59,912 bases of DNA from Candidatus Omnitrophota bacterium (GTDB taxonomy: Bacteria; Omnitrophota; Gorgyraeia; Gygaellales; Profunditerraquicolaceae): the NCBI GenBank assembly GCA_043797735.1, contig JAZDPH010000057.1, positions 1 through 59,912 on the forward strand, in the 5' to 3' direction. The notes beneath the pieces were generated by a model. That model did no database searches. It worked only from the letters and a program-made list of their open reading frames with translations, and was not told where the DNA came from. The number at the start of each line of letters is the position of its first letter. Positions within the stretch are counted from its first letter, which is position 1. Of the stretch, positions 19,224-28,363 are shown in pieces. A program made the position numbers and the translations under genes.

Positions 19224-20822
19224 TTAATCAATATCTATGAAATCAAAGCAGTAGTCAACTATGCCGGCGGGGCAGGTGATAACTAAGTTTATCTCTTTGG
19301 TGCCTGCCGAGTTATAAGAAGTATTGAAGGCAGGAGTTTTTTCGTAAGGCCCTGCCTCTCCCGTATGGCCTGACCAAAGGTAGTTAAATGCAACGGGGAT
19401 ACAGCCGGTTTGAGGAGTAAAGAAACTGGAGTCTATTACAACCTGCTCATCTTTACCGGCCTCATAGGGGCGGCAAAGCAGCCGCGCATTATCCATAAGT
19501 TCTGCCGCGGGCTCTTTTTTTAACGCTGCCTCTAAAAAAACTTTGAGATTATATTCAATGGGCGCCTGGTTCTCTATCTCCTGCAGCCTATCGCGGGCAA
19601 GCATTACTGTTTCGTTAAAATTTTCTTTGGCTTTATCAATTAGTTCGGTGTAATAACCCTTTGCCTTGATTAAATCCCCCTCCCACTGGCTTAGCAATCC
19701 CAGCTGATAAATTGAGGATATTACCTGGGGGCTTAAGGTTCGCTCATCTTGAGTTAATCCCTCAAAAAGAGCCCGGCCCGAACCTACTTCTCCCAACAGG
19801 TAAACAGAAATAACCCCCGCCTTAAACATTGCCTTATCAAAATAGCGGCCTGCCGGAGCGCGCCCTGCCAAATAAAGATAAGCCTCCTTTGCCGCAGCAA
19901 ACTCCTTGGCCTTCTCTAAGTTAAAGGCGCGCATGTAGATTAATTCCTCGCTAAAAGCATCTTTGCCGCCGATTTCCTCTATTTTTTTAAATAGGCCCTC
20001 GGCGTACGCCGGGTCGCCGGGCTTATCATCCTGATAAATAAACTCGGCCGCGATATCTTTTAAGGCGGAGACTGCCTCGGGCTTGGCGGCCGGTAAAATC
20101 CGCTCAATATAGGCGTCGTAAAGCTCTTCGGATAATTCCAACTTTGCCTCTTTGTAAAAACCGGCGGCCGCCTCCTTCAACTGGGCATCTGTTATATCCG
20201 AGGCAAGCATCCTCCTGACATAAATTGCGTAAAACTCTCTTGCCTTTACCCTTTCCTTGTAGGGCAGAAGGTTATCGGCAACATCTTTGATAACAGATAT
20301 ATCTTGTTCCGTATTTGAATACTCCAGCAGGCTCTCTGTCAGGCCCGACAATACGGCATTGCTTAAAGGGTCGCTCTGGTCTTTATAGTACTGCCAAAGG
20401 ATAAGCCTTGAATAGATATTGATTATGCCTCCGGCAGGCGCCTCTTCAATGGCCTTTTCTAAAGCGCTCGTTAATTGGCCCCGGTAAAAATCCCCTTTAT
20501 TAAAATATTCGTTCCAGTCTTGCGCCTCTTCCAGGTATTTAAGCTGGCGGTAACGGGTAAGCCCTGAATAATAATTGAGTGCGGCGGAAATCTCGTTATT
20601 CTCAAGGGAGCTCAAAAAATCAGCGAATTCATTGTATTGGTTATTCTCAAAATAAATACCGGATATCTCTTTCAATACGGGGAAGGCATCCTGAGCCGTT
20701 TTTGCGCCGGAGACTGCAGCGGCTAAGGCCGCCGGGTCAACGTTATCCTGAGCGTACGAATGGCAAATGAATGCCAAAGCACAAATAACAAGTGATAAAA
20801 TAATTGTTTTGAAATTTGACAT
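19224..20822 (-). CDS. Exported TPR-like helical protein with C-terminal PKD-like domain
   Basis: Signal peptide MSNFKTIILSLVICALAFICHSYA; helical repeats; the upstream extension to 20987 is MITE-derived. Confidence 0.65.
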   Translation of the reverse strand: MSNFKTIILSLVICALAFICHSYAQDNVDPAALAAAVSGAKTAQDAFPVLKEISGIYFENNQYNEFADFLSSLENNEISAALNYYSGLTRYRQLKYLEEAQDWNEYFNKGDFYRGQLTSALEKAIEEAPAGGIINIYSRLILWQYYKDQSDPLSNAVLSGLTESLLEYSNTEQDISVIKDVADNLLPYKERVKAREFYAIYVRRMLASDITDAQLKEAAAGFYKEAKLELSEELYDAYIERILPAAKPEAVSALKDIAAEFIYQDDKPGDPAYAEGLFKKIEEIGGKDAFSEELIYMRAFNLEKAKEFAAAKEAYLYLAGRAPAGRYFDKAMFKAGVISVYLLGEVGSGRALFEGLTQDERTLSPQVISSIYQLGLLSQWEGDLIKAKGYYTELIDKAKENFNETVMLARDRLQEIENQAPIEYNLKVFLEAALKKEPAAELMDNARLLCRPYEAGKDEQVVIDSSFFTPQTGCIPVAFNYLWSGHTGEAGPYEKTPAFNTSYNSAGTKEINLVITCPAGIVDYCFDFIDID

Positions 20823-20823
20823 T

Positions 20824-20952
20824 GAGAGTGTTGAAAAAACCATCTTTTCGTCATTGCGAGCCCCGAAGGGGCGAAGCAATCCCGTTTTTTGAGATTGCTT
20901 CGCCGGCCTTTGGCCTCCTCGCAATGACAAATAGAAGTTTTTCAATGGCCTC
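20824..20952. mobile_element. MITE carrying a REP-like palindrome
   Basis: Imperfect TIRs GAGAGTGTTGAAAAA / TTTTTCAATGGCCTC; 5-bp direct repeat ACATT at 20819-20823 and 20953-20957. Confidence 0.7.
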
Positions 20953-20962
20953 ACATTTGAAT

Positions 20963-22177
20963 TTAAGGAAGGGGATTTTTTCTCCAAAACTCCCTAAGTA
21001 TATAATAACTCTTGCGGGGGACGCGTTTATTAATTCCGCCCTCTTCTTCTTCAAAAAGAGCCACAATCCCGAACCACTCTTCGTTCATATTCTTATTGTC
21101 TTCTGCCTTTATGTCAAAATAATAACTTCCGTTTGACCAGGTAGAGGCTGTGTCATGCGCCATCCAGCCCTGCGGGCTGTATTCGTTGTGTTTCCACCAT
21201 TCATCGATCCATTCAAAAATTACCCCCCCCAAACAGTTTCCCGTGCCCTCGGCAGCATTAGCCAGGTTCTGGTAAATCTGGCGCCACTGAGACTCAAGAA
21301 AAAACGCCTGCATATTCTGGTCCTCTTTCTTCAGGTAGGCGTCGTAGCAGTCGGCCCCGATTTCAATTAAAAGAACGGGCTTATCAAAAGTCATCTTGAG
21401 GGAATTAAAAAGGTTGCCAAAGGTCTTGCCCCTATAGATGATGCAGGCGACCAAATCTACATCCGGGGCATATTCCTTCGCAAATTCTAACCCCGTCAAC
21501 TCTCCGTTTCCCAGGGCAACCGGATGGCCGGGGTCGGCCTTATGTATCTGCCTTGCCAGCGTATTCACAAAAGAATAGTAGATTTTGTAGCGGGCGGCGT
21601 TCTTCTTCTGCGGGTCAGGCTCCTGGTCAATCTCATCGGTAGACCAGGCGTTAACCCTGCCCATGCAGCAATAATTATTCTCGTTGCCTAAGACCCACAA
21701 TAGAATGCCGGGTTCGTCTTTATACGCCTTTACCATTTCTAAGGCGTCCCTTCTTATCCTCTCCTGAAAATCCTTATCCCCGTAAAGAGGACAGGGATAT
21801 TCCCAAAAACCCAGCCAATGCCCCAATATCGTGCGGATGCCGTAAAGCTGGTAAAAATCCCGGATTACTTTTTTGACTGCCTCGACATCGCTTGAAGGCT
21901 GATAAATCCTTATGGTATTAATCCCCATCTCCTGCATTAATTTACCGTCTGTTATCCAGGGCTTGCCGGGGTCATTCCACCAGTCATATTCGTGGTTTTT
22001 ACCAATGGGTATAGGGTTATAGCAGGCCCCCTTAACCACAAAAGGCCTGCCTTCAACCATCAGTTGATAGTGCTGGTTTTTTAATTTTCTGATATAGGCC
22101 TTGGGCTTAGGCCCCTGGGCCATACCGGTTATTGCCAGCAAAAAGATGCTTAATAAAACAACGATTATTTTTCTCAA
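20963..22177 (-). CDS. Secreted clan GH-A glycoside hydrolase (GH2 TIM-barrel-like)
   Basis: Signal peptide; MGINTIRIY, WVLGNEN (acid/base), LIEIG (nucleophile), FEWIDEWWK. Confidence 0.8.
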   Translation of the reverse strand: MRKIIVVLLSIFLLAITGMAQGPKPKAYIRKLKNQHYQLMVEGRPFVVKGACYNPIPIGKNHEYDWWNDPGKPWITDGKLMQEMGINTIRIYQPSSDVEAVKKVIRDFYQLYGIRTILGHWLGFWEYPCPLYGDKDFQERIRRDALEMVKAYKDEPGILLWVLGNENNYCCMGRVNAWSTDEIDQEPDPQKKNAARYKIYYSFVNTLARQIHKADPGHPVALGNGELTGLEFAKEYAPDVDLVACIIYRGKTFGNLFNSLKMTFDKPVLLIEIGADCYDAYLKKEDQNMQAFFLESQWRQIYQNLANAAEGTGNCLGGVIFEWIDEWWKHNEYSPQGWMAHDTASTWSNGSYYFDIKAEDNKNMNEEWFGIVALFEEEEGGINKRVPRKSYYILREFWRKNPLP

Positions 22178-22189
22178 AGTTATTCTTTT

Positions 22190-22270
22190 AGGTTAAAGTT
22201 TAGGCTAAGGTTAAGGATTAGGTTAAGATTAAGATTTGCCTCTCTCAACCTAAACCTAAACCTAAACCTT
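22190..22270. repeat. Inverted hexamer array (AGGTTA / AACCTA)
   Basis: Tandem units followed by complementary units. Confidence 0.75.
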
Positions 22271-22278
22271 TTAATGCC

Positions 22279-23424
22279 TTATTCAAACTTTATCTCATCA
22301 AGGTAGAAAACAGCCCCGTTGGGATTATTGTCAATGTTGGCTGCCCAGCAGAAGCCGCCGATGATGTAGGACATATCTTTGCCCTTTAAATCAATTGAAT
22401 ACTGGGTCCAATCCGTGTTCAGGATAACCGGGCCGATAACCGCGCCGTCTGAATCGGAATATTCGCCCATAATCCCGCCGATCTTAAACTCTTCAATACG
22501 CTCCCCGCCCTTTTCGCCGCGGGCCCAGAAAGTAAGTTTGCCGGCTTTAGAGAGGTCGAATCCCGCATCTATATTGCCCCAGTTGTTAGCCGGATTCTGC
22601 CAATACATCCCTGCCCAGCGCGCGCCTTGGGCCGCCTGGCCGCTGTAAGTCATTTTGATGCAGGTATCACCCAGGTACGGGTCATCCTTTGAATAACCGT
22701 CATATTTCAAATCGCCGTAATCGCCCATCCATCCGGAAGGGATAAAATGATTGTTAACAGAGGAGCTGTCGGCGTAAACATAAAAAGGCATCTCCTCGGA
22801 TTTTTTGGACTCCGGAATTATGGCCGGGTCTGCTTCAATCTTGATATCATCAACATAGAAGATGCAGCCTCCGGGGTTTAAATCAGCGGTCGTGGTCCAG
22901 CCGAAACCTCCGTTAACGTAAGAAAGGTCCCTGCCCGCAAGGTTAATGGTATATTGCTTCCAGGTGTCGGTCAGCTCAATAGGGCCCATCTCAACGCTAA
23001 GTGAGTCCGGATAAAGGCCTTTTATGCCGCCAACCATGGCCTTCTGTATCACCTCGCCCCCTTTTGCGCCGCGCGCCCAAAAGGTAAGTTTATTCATTCC
23101 CTCCAGGCTAAATCCTCCCTGTTTATTTCCCCAGTTATTAGCCGGGTTCTGCCAATAAACCCCTCCCCAACCCTGCCCCTGCGATTTTTTTCCGCTGTAG
23201 TTGAATTCAATACAAGTCGTTCCGGAATGCGGATTATCGCTGGACCGGTCATTCATCTTGATGTCTCCGTAATCGCCCATCCACCCGGAAGGGATAAAGT
23301 GATTATCCCGGCTGTCTTTATCCGAGTAAACCACGAATTCTGTTGCAGCGCCCTCTTCCTGCGCATAAACGCAAACAGGCGCCGCTAAAACCAATGCCGC
23401 CATAACAACCAACAACTTTTTCAT
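22279..23424 (-). CDS. Secreted protein with two tandem carbohydrate-binding-like domains
   Basis: Signal peptide; internal duplication NHFIPSGWMGDYGD...YWQNPANNWG...KLTFWARG.KGGE. Confidence 0.75.
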   Translation of the reverse strand: MKKLLVVMAALVLAAPVCVYAQEEGAATEFVVYSDKDSRDNHFIPSGWMGDYGDIKMNDRSSDNPHSGTTCIEFNYSGKKSQGQGWGGVYWQNPANNWGNKQGGFSLEGMNKLTFWARGAKGGEVIQKAMVGGIKGLYPDSLSVEMGPIELTDTWKQYTINLAGRDLSYVNGGFGWTTTADLNPGGCIFYVDDIKIEADPAIIPESKKSEEMPFYVYADSSSVNNHFIPSGWMGDYGDLKYDGYSKDDPYLGDTCIKMTYSGQAAQGARWAGMYWQNPANNWGNIDAGFDLSKAGKLTFWARGEKGGERIEEFKIGGIMGEYSDSDGAVIGPVILNTDWTQYSIDLKGKDMSYIIGGFCWAANIDNNPNGAVFYLDEIKFE

Positions 23425-23532
23425 ACCTACCTCCTTGTTATCTAATATGCAACCTCATTCAACCTTATTTAACCTAGATTAACCTCATTTAACCTTTTTA
23501 AAGCCCCTCCTCCTTTCTACCTCCTCAATGAG

Positions 23533-23648
23533 TGCTTGACTTACGATCCGCCAAGTTTTGTGGCGGAGAGTAAGTCAATGCACGAATTGATCCCGCCGAA
23601 TGTGCCGAAATTGTCGCAGAAAATTTCGGCACAGATTATGAGGCGGGA
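23533..23648. repeat. Two adjacent stem-loop repeats (TCCGCC..GGCGGA and CCCGCCGAATGTG..GGCGGG)
   Basis: gtgcttgacttac/gtaagtcaatgcac stem; gtgccgaaatt/aatttcggcac stem. Confidence 0.7.
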
Positions 23649-23655
23649 AACATTA

Positions 23656-26043
23656 TCATCTCCATAGTTGCTTATACCTATAATACGCCTTACGCAAGTG
23701 CCGCAAAAACGGGCTTAATTTGCCGTCCCCCTGACTGCAGACTCCCAGCCACTCTTCATGCATATAACCATCGGGAAACGGGCCGGCCCACAATGCCTTT
23801 GTATCATGAGTAAAAGGCTCATAGGCCTTCCACCACTCGTCCAGCCATTCAAAAACAACCCCTCCTATGGAATTTCCCTCTCCGCCCTCAAATGCGCTGT
23901 TGCGCATAATGTCCTCCCAGGCGGCGGCAAGGTATTCTGCCTGTAGTTCCTCCGCCTCCTCAGGCGGCCTTCTTGCGCCATAGGCCGAACAGCCAAACTC
24001 GGTGATAAAGGCGGGCTTATCCGCCTGGCGCTTGAGCTGCCGCCAGAGATAACCAAACCCGTAATCTCCGCGGTAGGCATTAGCCCCGAATATATCTATG
24101 TCCGGGGTGCATCTGGCGAATTTATCAAGAAATAAAACGTCTCCGCTGCCAATAGCCACGGGATGCTCGGGGTCAATCTTTTTTATCTCTTTGGCCGCCT
24201 CGTTGGCAAATTTAAAAAATGCTTCCGGCTCCTTATCGGCATTGCAAGCATAGCCGTAAACATTTTCGTTGCCCAATAACCAGAATAACACGTAAGGTTC
24301 GTCTTTAAACTCCAGCACCATATCGGTTACCGACTGCATCATATTCTTCCTGTGCTCCTGGTTATTGTAGTCGGTCCCGGGATTCCACGGCGCCTCTGAG
24401 CCGAGGGCGTATTTACCCAGAAAATCCCCCAGGATTACCCTGATGCCGTATTTTTCATAAAGGTCCCGCAGGAGTTTCTTGTTGATTTTGAGCGGATGAT
24501 GGTAGAGCCTGATCGTATTTACCCCCATCTCTTTCATTAATTGAAAATCGCCTACTGCCGGCTCATTCTTATCCTGGCGGCCGTTGTTATTCTTGTCTAC
24601 AAAGGCGTCGTAGGGCCCGTCAACAAGGCCGTTGTTGTTAAAGTCCTCCTCCATCCAGTTGCCCAGCGTCTGCATATCCGGAGACTGCCCTACCTTTGTC
24701 GGGGCGTAGGTCGCGCCTTTTATTATATACGGCTTATTATCCACCAAAAGCTGCCAGTCCCCTGTTTCATATTGGACAAGGTGCACCCTCCCTTTTCCCA
24801 GGCGCCTCTTTATGCTTAAGGTATCCAAAGAGGGCTTGCTCTTAAATTTTTCCAGGAGCCTTTCTTTGAAGCCGGCCTTCTCAAACCTGCCCGGGTTAGT
24901 AATGACAATGTCATTGGAAACATCATTATCAAATCCGCCTACGATGCGGATATCCGCATCCACGAGCCTATGCCTTAACTGCGGATGTTGGCGCAATAAG
25001 AATTCTATTTTCATTATAGCCGCCTGGCCCACATACCAGGGCGTATGCCAGTAGGTCCAGCCGTAAGCGCCGGGAAAATGCACCACTATCGCATAATATG
25101 CCTTGAGCGCGTTTTTGATCAGGCCGGACTTTTCAAGAAGCAGCCCGGTGTAAAATAACTTTACCCCCGGCGGCTCAGGGGCAAGCACCCACTTCAAAAA
25201 GGCCGCCTCCAGGTCAGGCGAATGCACAAAGTCCCAATGCAGGCCGTTGAGCCTGCCGGCCTTTTTGGCCTTCTGATACTCCGGGTCAAACTTTAAGGAT
25301 GCGACAGTATCATTGGGGTATATCCCCTCCCCTAACGCCTGCATTAATCCCGCCTGGTCCTTGATTACATATTTATAGTCTTTTGTCCCTGCGTTTTTAA
25401 ACTCGCCGTATTTTTCGTAATTTACAAAATCCTCCCTGCCGCGGTCATGCAGGATTATCTTTGTCGGCAGGGAACTCACCGTTACTTCGTCTTCTATTGT
25501 TTCGTCCTCGGTGCCGGGACAGGGCGCAGGAAGCGGCTCCCCGGGATTTAGTTTTATTATGCTCTCCCGTGAGGCCTTGGCAATTGACCAGAACCAGCCG
25601 CGCGGGTCCCATGCCTGGCCAAAACAATATTTTAAAAGCACGCTCTTGAAGGCCTCAATGGACTCCCCGGCCTTTCCCTGCTGGCGGTAAGACTCCCCCT
25701 GTATAAAATATGCCGTGGCTACATCATTTAAGGCCGCGACGGCCTGGATATCCGGCCTGTTCTTGGGCAGGGTTTTAAGCGCGGCCTGCTGGGCGTCCGC
25801 CTCGCCCTTATAGAGGCTGATTAACTCCCGGGTATATTTAAAGGTATTCTCAACATCTTTTTTCCCGTGCGCCTCCCAGGCCTTGACGATTAAATCGCTT
25901 GAGGAAGGCTTGTCCTGAGCGAAAGTGAAAGGTGGAAGGTAAAAGGTGAAAGGGATAATAAAGAAAAACACAAACAATAGTGTCTCCTTCGTTAACTTTG
26001 ACCTTTGACCTTTGACCTTTGACCTTTGACCTGACATCATCAT
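23656..26043 (-). CDS. Secreted GH2 TIM-barrel-like glycoside hydrolase with N-terminal TPR-like region
   Basis: MGVNTIRLY, WLLGNEN, ITEFG and FEWLDEWWK motifs; paralogous to 20963-22177. Confidence 0.8.
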   Translation of the reverse strand: MMMSGQRSKVKGQRSKLTKETLLFVFFFIIPFTFYLPPFTFAQDKPSSSDLIVKAWEAHGKKDVENTFKYTRELISLYKGEADAQQAALKTLPKNRPDIQAVAALNDVATAYFIQGESYRQQGKAGESIEAFKSVLLKYCFGQAWDPRGWFWSIAKASRESIIKLNPGEPLPAPCPGTEDETIEDEVTVSSLPTKIILHDRGREDFVNYEKYGEFKNAGTKDYKYVIKDQAGLMQALGEGIYPNDTVASLKFDPEYQKAKKAGRLNGLHWDFVHSPDLEAAFLKWVLAPEPPGVKLFYTGLLLEKSGLIKNALKAYYAIVVHFPGAYGWTYWHTPWYVGQAAIMKIEFLLRQHPQLRHRLVDADIRIVGGFDNDVSNDIVITNPGRFEKAGFKERLLEKFKSKPSLDTLSIKRRLGKGRVHLVQYETGDWQLLVDNKPYIIKGATYAPTKVGQSPDMQTLGNWMEEDFNNNGLVDGPYDAFVDKNNNGRQDKNEPAVGDFQLMKEMGVNTIRLYHHPLKINKKLLRDLYEKYGIRVILGDFLGKYALGSEAPWNPGTDYNNQEHRKNMMQSVTDMVLEFKDEPYVLFWLLGNENVYGYACNADKEPEAFFKFANEAAKEIKKIDPEHPVAIGSGDVLFLDKFARCTPDIDIFGANAYRGDYGFGYLWRQLKRQADKPAFITEFGCSAYGARRPPEEAEELQAEYLAAAWEDIMRNSAFEGGEGNSIGGVVFEWLDEWWKAYEPFTHDTKALWAGPFPDGYMHEEWLGVCSQGDGKLSPFLRHLRKAYYRYKQLWR

Positions 26044-26888
26044 CCTACAACGGCTCCTTGCGTGACTCCCTTAACGATATATTTCTGCAGAAAGATATAG
26101 GCTATTATAATAGGTAAGGCGGTTATAGTTAAGCCCGCCATTAAAAGCGGGTATTTGGTAATAAATTCCCCTCCAAAGGTGGTCAGCGCCACCTGCAAAG
26201 GCATAAGCGCGCGGCTGTCAAAGATAATTAATGCCAGCACATATTCATTCCAGACGTTGAGGGCATTAAAAACAACTACTACCGCCAGGACCGGCTTTGC
26301 CAAAGGCAGCGCCACATGCCACCAGATGCCGAACTTAGAACACCCGTCGATACGCGCGGCATCCTCCAGCTCCTTGGGCATTTTGTCAAAAAAGGTCTTC
26401 AGCAAAAAAATACTCGTGGAAAGCCCGACGTTTATCATCGCCAGTATATAACCTATAGGGGTATTCCTCAGATGCAATTTATTTAACAAGACATACAAGG
26501 CCACAAAACTCCCCGGGATGGGTATCATCATCGCCGCCATAAACATTATAAAAAGGATATTCCTGCCCGGAAAACGCAGGCGGCTGAAGGCATACGCCGC
26601 CATTGAAGCAACGATGACTATGCCGGCCACGACGCAGGTAGTATAAAGGACGCTGTTTAAAAAATACCGGCCAAAGCCCCCCTCCTGCCAGGCATGGTAA
26701 TAATTCTCAAAGTGAAACTCTTTCGGTATAAGCGACATATCCTTAAAGATGGTCTCCTGGGTCTTTAAGCTTGAGGAAACCATCCAGAGCAGGGGGAATA
26801 AACAGCTGACTGCTACCGTAAGCAGGAGAATATGAATGAGCACGTTTACGGTTATCTTTTTCGTCTTATAATAAGCCGTTGTCTTCAT
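26040..26888 (-). CDS. Carbohydrate ABC transporter permease (MalG-like)
   Basis: ELEDAARIDG EAA loop; FPLLWMVSSSLK. Confidence 0.95.
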   Translation of the reverse strand: MKTTAYYKTKKITVNVLIHILLLTVAVSCLFPLLWMVSSSLKTQETIFKDMSLIPKEFHFENYYHAWQEGGFGRYFLNSVLYTTCVVAGIVIVASMAAYAFSRLRFPGRNILFIMFMAAMMIPIPGSFVALYVLLNKLHLRNTPIGYILAMINVGLSTSIFLLKTFFDKMPKELEDAARIDGCSKFGIWWHVALPLAKPVLAVVVVFNALNVWNEYVLALIIFDSRALMPLQVALTTFGGEFITKYPLLMAGLTITALPIIIAYIFLQKYIVKGVTQGAVVG

Positions 26889-26917
26889 AGTCGTATCGTC
26901 ATTAACCCTCTTTCCCC

Positions 26918-27031
26918 GTCATTGCGAGCGAAGCGAAGCAATCACGTTTTAGATTGCTTCGGGCTTACGCCCTCGCAACCTTCGGGATTGCTTTGTCGTC
27001 CCGACTTATCGTCGGGACTCCTCGCAATGAC
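26918..27031. repeat. REP-like palindrome cluster (GTCATTGCGAG family)
   Basis: gtcattgcgagcgaagcgaagcaatc...ctcgcaatgac. Confidence 0.85.
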
Positions 27032-27041
27032 AAAGCATGCG

Positions 27042-27914
27042 TTAAGCCTGCCTTGCTTTTGAGAAACGGTATTGGACAAACGAAATAGCAATCAGTATAA
27101 CGCCGAAACTAATCCCCTGCGCGCAGGCATAGCCGAAACGCGATGAGCCGCGCATAGAGGCAAGTATACGTAAGACCGGAACCTGGGTATGATATGCCGG
27201 GCCCCCGCCGGTCATAGCAATGATCAGGACAAAGGCCTGCATCGTGCCCAAGACGGTAAGTATGGAAACCAAAACCGCAACCGGTATCATCAAAGGAATA
27301 GTAACGTTCTTAAACGACTGCCAGGCATTGGCTCCGTCAACGCGCGCGGCCTCATAGAGTTCGCGCGGAATGGTCTGCAGGCCCGCCAGAAATATCAGGA
27401 AACCCCAGCCAAACCCCTTCCAACAATGCACCGCTGCCACGACAGTCAATGCCGTCTTGGGGTCAGAGAGCCAGTTCCTGGCAAAATTCGCCAGGCCTAA
27501 CTGCGCCAGCCAGCCGTTAAGCAGGCCGTAATGGCCGTCTAAAATCCATTGCCAGACCAGGCCGACGACGACCTCGGATAGAATCGGCGGGATAAAGAAA
27601 ATTAACTTGTAGAAATTCTTCATCCGGATCTCCCGGTCGCAGGCCCAGGCCAGTAAAAAGGCAAGCGCGTTCTGAAAAATAAGGGCGATCAGGGTGATGT
27701 AGCCGGCATTGCCCATTGACTGCCACCAGATTCTATCGCTTAAAATCTCCTTGAAGTTACCCAGGCCGACAAAAATCCGCGTCGGCATTATGCCGTCCCA
27801 CTCAAACAACCCTAACTGAAAAACCCAGACAAAAGGTATAATATAAAATAAGCCGAAGATTATTACCGCCGGGGCAATCAACGCATAGTTTTCTAATGTG
27901 GATTTAATCTTCAT
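27042..27914 (-). CDS. Carbohydrate ABC transporter permease (MalF-like)
   Basis: FVGLGNF; LAGLQTIPRELYEAARVDGA. Confidence 0.95.
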   Translation of the reverse strand: MKIKSTLENYALIAPAVIIFGLFYIIPFVWVFQLGLFEWDGIMPTRIFVGLGNFKEILSDRIWWQSMGNAGYITLIALIFQNALAFLLAWACDREIRMKNFYKLIFFIPPILSEVVVGLVWQWILDGHYGLLNGWLAQLGLANFARNWLSDPKTALTVVAAVHCWKGFGWGFLIFLAGLQTIPRELYEAARVDGANAWQSFKNVTIPLMIPVAVLVSILTVLGTMQAFVLIIAMTGGGPAYHTQVPVLRILASMRGSSRFGYACAQGISFGVILIAISFVQYRFSKARQA

Positions 27915-27948
27915 CGTAAATCGTAATTCGTAAATAGTAAATCGTAAT
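27914..27948. repeat. Heptamer array TCGTAA(A/T), left arm flanking the four-helix-bundle gene
   Basis: tcgtaaatcgtaattcgtaaatagtaaatcgtaatt; complementary to 28330-28363. Confidence 0.85.
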
Positions 27949-28323
27949 TTACTGCTGTTTCTCTATTGAACGAATCATGCCATTTATTATTTTCAATATT
28001 CTTTCTGTCTCAGGCAATAAATTACCGTGCTCTTCTTTTGTAATATACCCCATATCTTTGGACAGTATCAGACAATTCCTAACTTCGCTTACAGAACCTC
28101 TTGCGTTATAATAAAATCTAATTTTGTCCTTATAATGGTACCGGCTAAATCCTTCAGCGATGTTCGAAGTTATCGATAAAGCGGCACGCCGCAATTGACT
28201 AATTATTCCATATAACTCGTCTTTAGGAAACTTCTTGGTAATTTTATATATTGCCAGTACAAATTTATGCGCGGCCTGCCATGCCTCTAAATCTTCAAAT
28301 GTTTTTATCTTTTGCTCGAACAA
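27949..28323 (-). CDS. Four helix bundle protein (23S rRNA IVP family)
   Basis: FEDLEAWQ, FPKDELYGIISQLRRAALSITSNIAEG and ARGSVSE motifs. Confidence 0.95.
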   Translation of the reverse strand: MFEQKIKTFEDLEAWQAAHKFVLAIYKITKKFPKDELYGIISQLRRAALSITSNIAEGFSRYHYKDKIRFYYNARGSVSEVRNCLILSKDMGYITKEEHGNLLPETERILKIINGMIRSIEKQQ

Positions 28324-28329
28324 ATTATT

Positions 28330-28363
28330 AATTACGATTTACGAATTACGATTTACGAATTAC
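28330..28363. repeat. Heptamer array (A/T)TTACGA, right arm
   Basis: aattacgatttacgaattacgatttacgaattacg. Confidence 0.85.

Noticed and set aside
20823-20987. N-terminal extension of the 587-aa ORF and the 20851-21066 ORF
   Set aside because: These are translations of the REP/MITE; the signal peptide begins at 20822.
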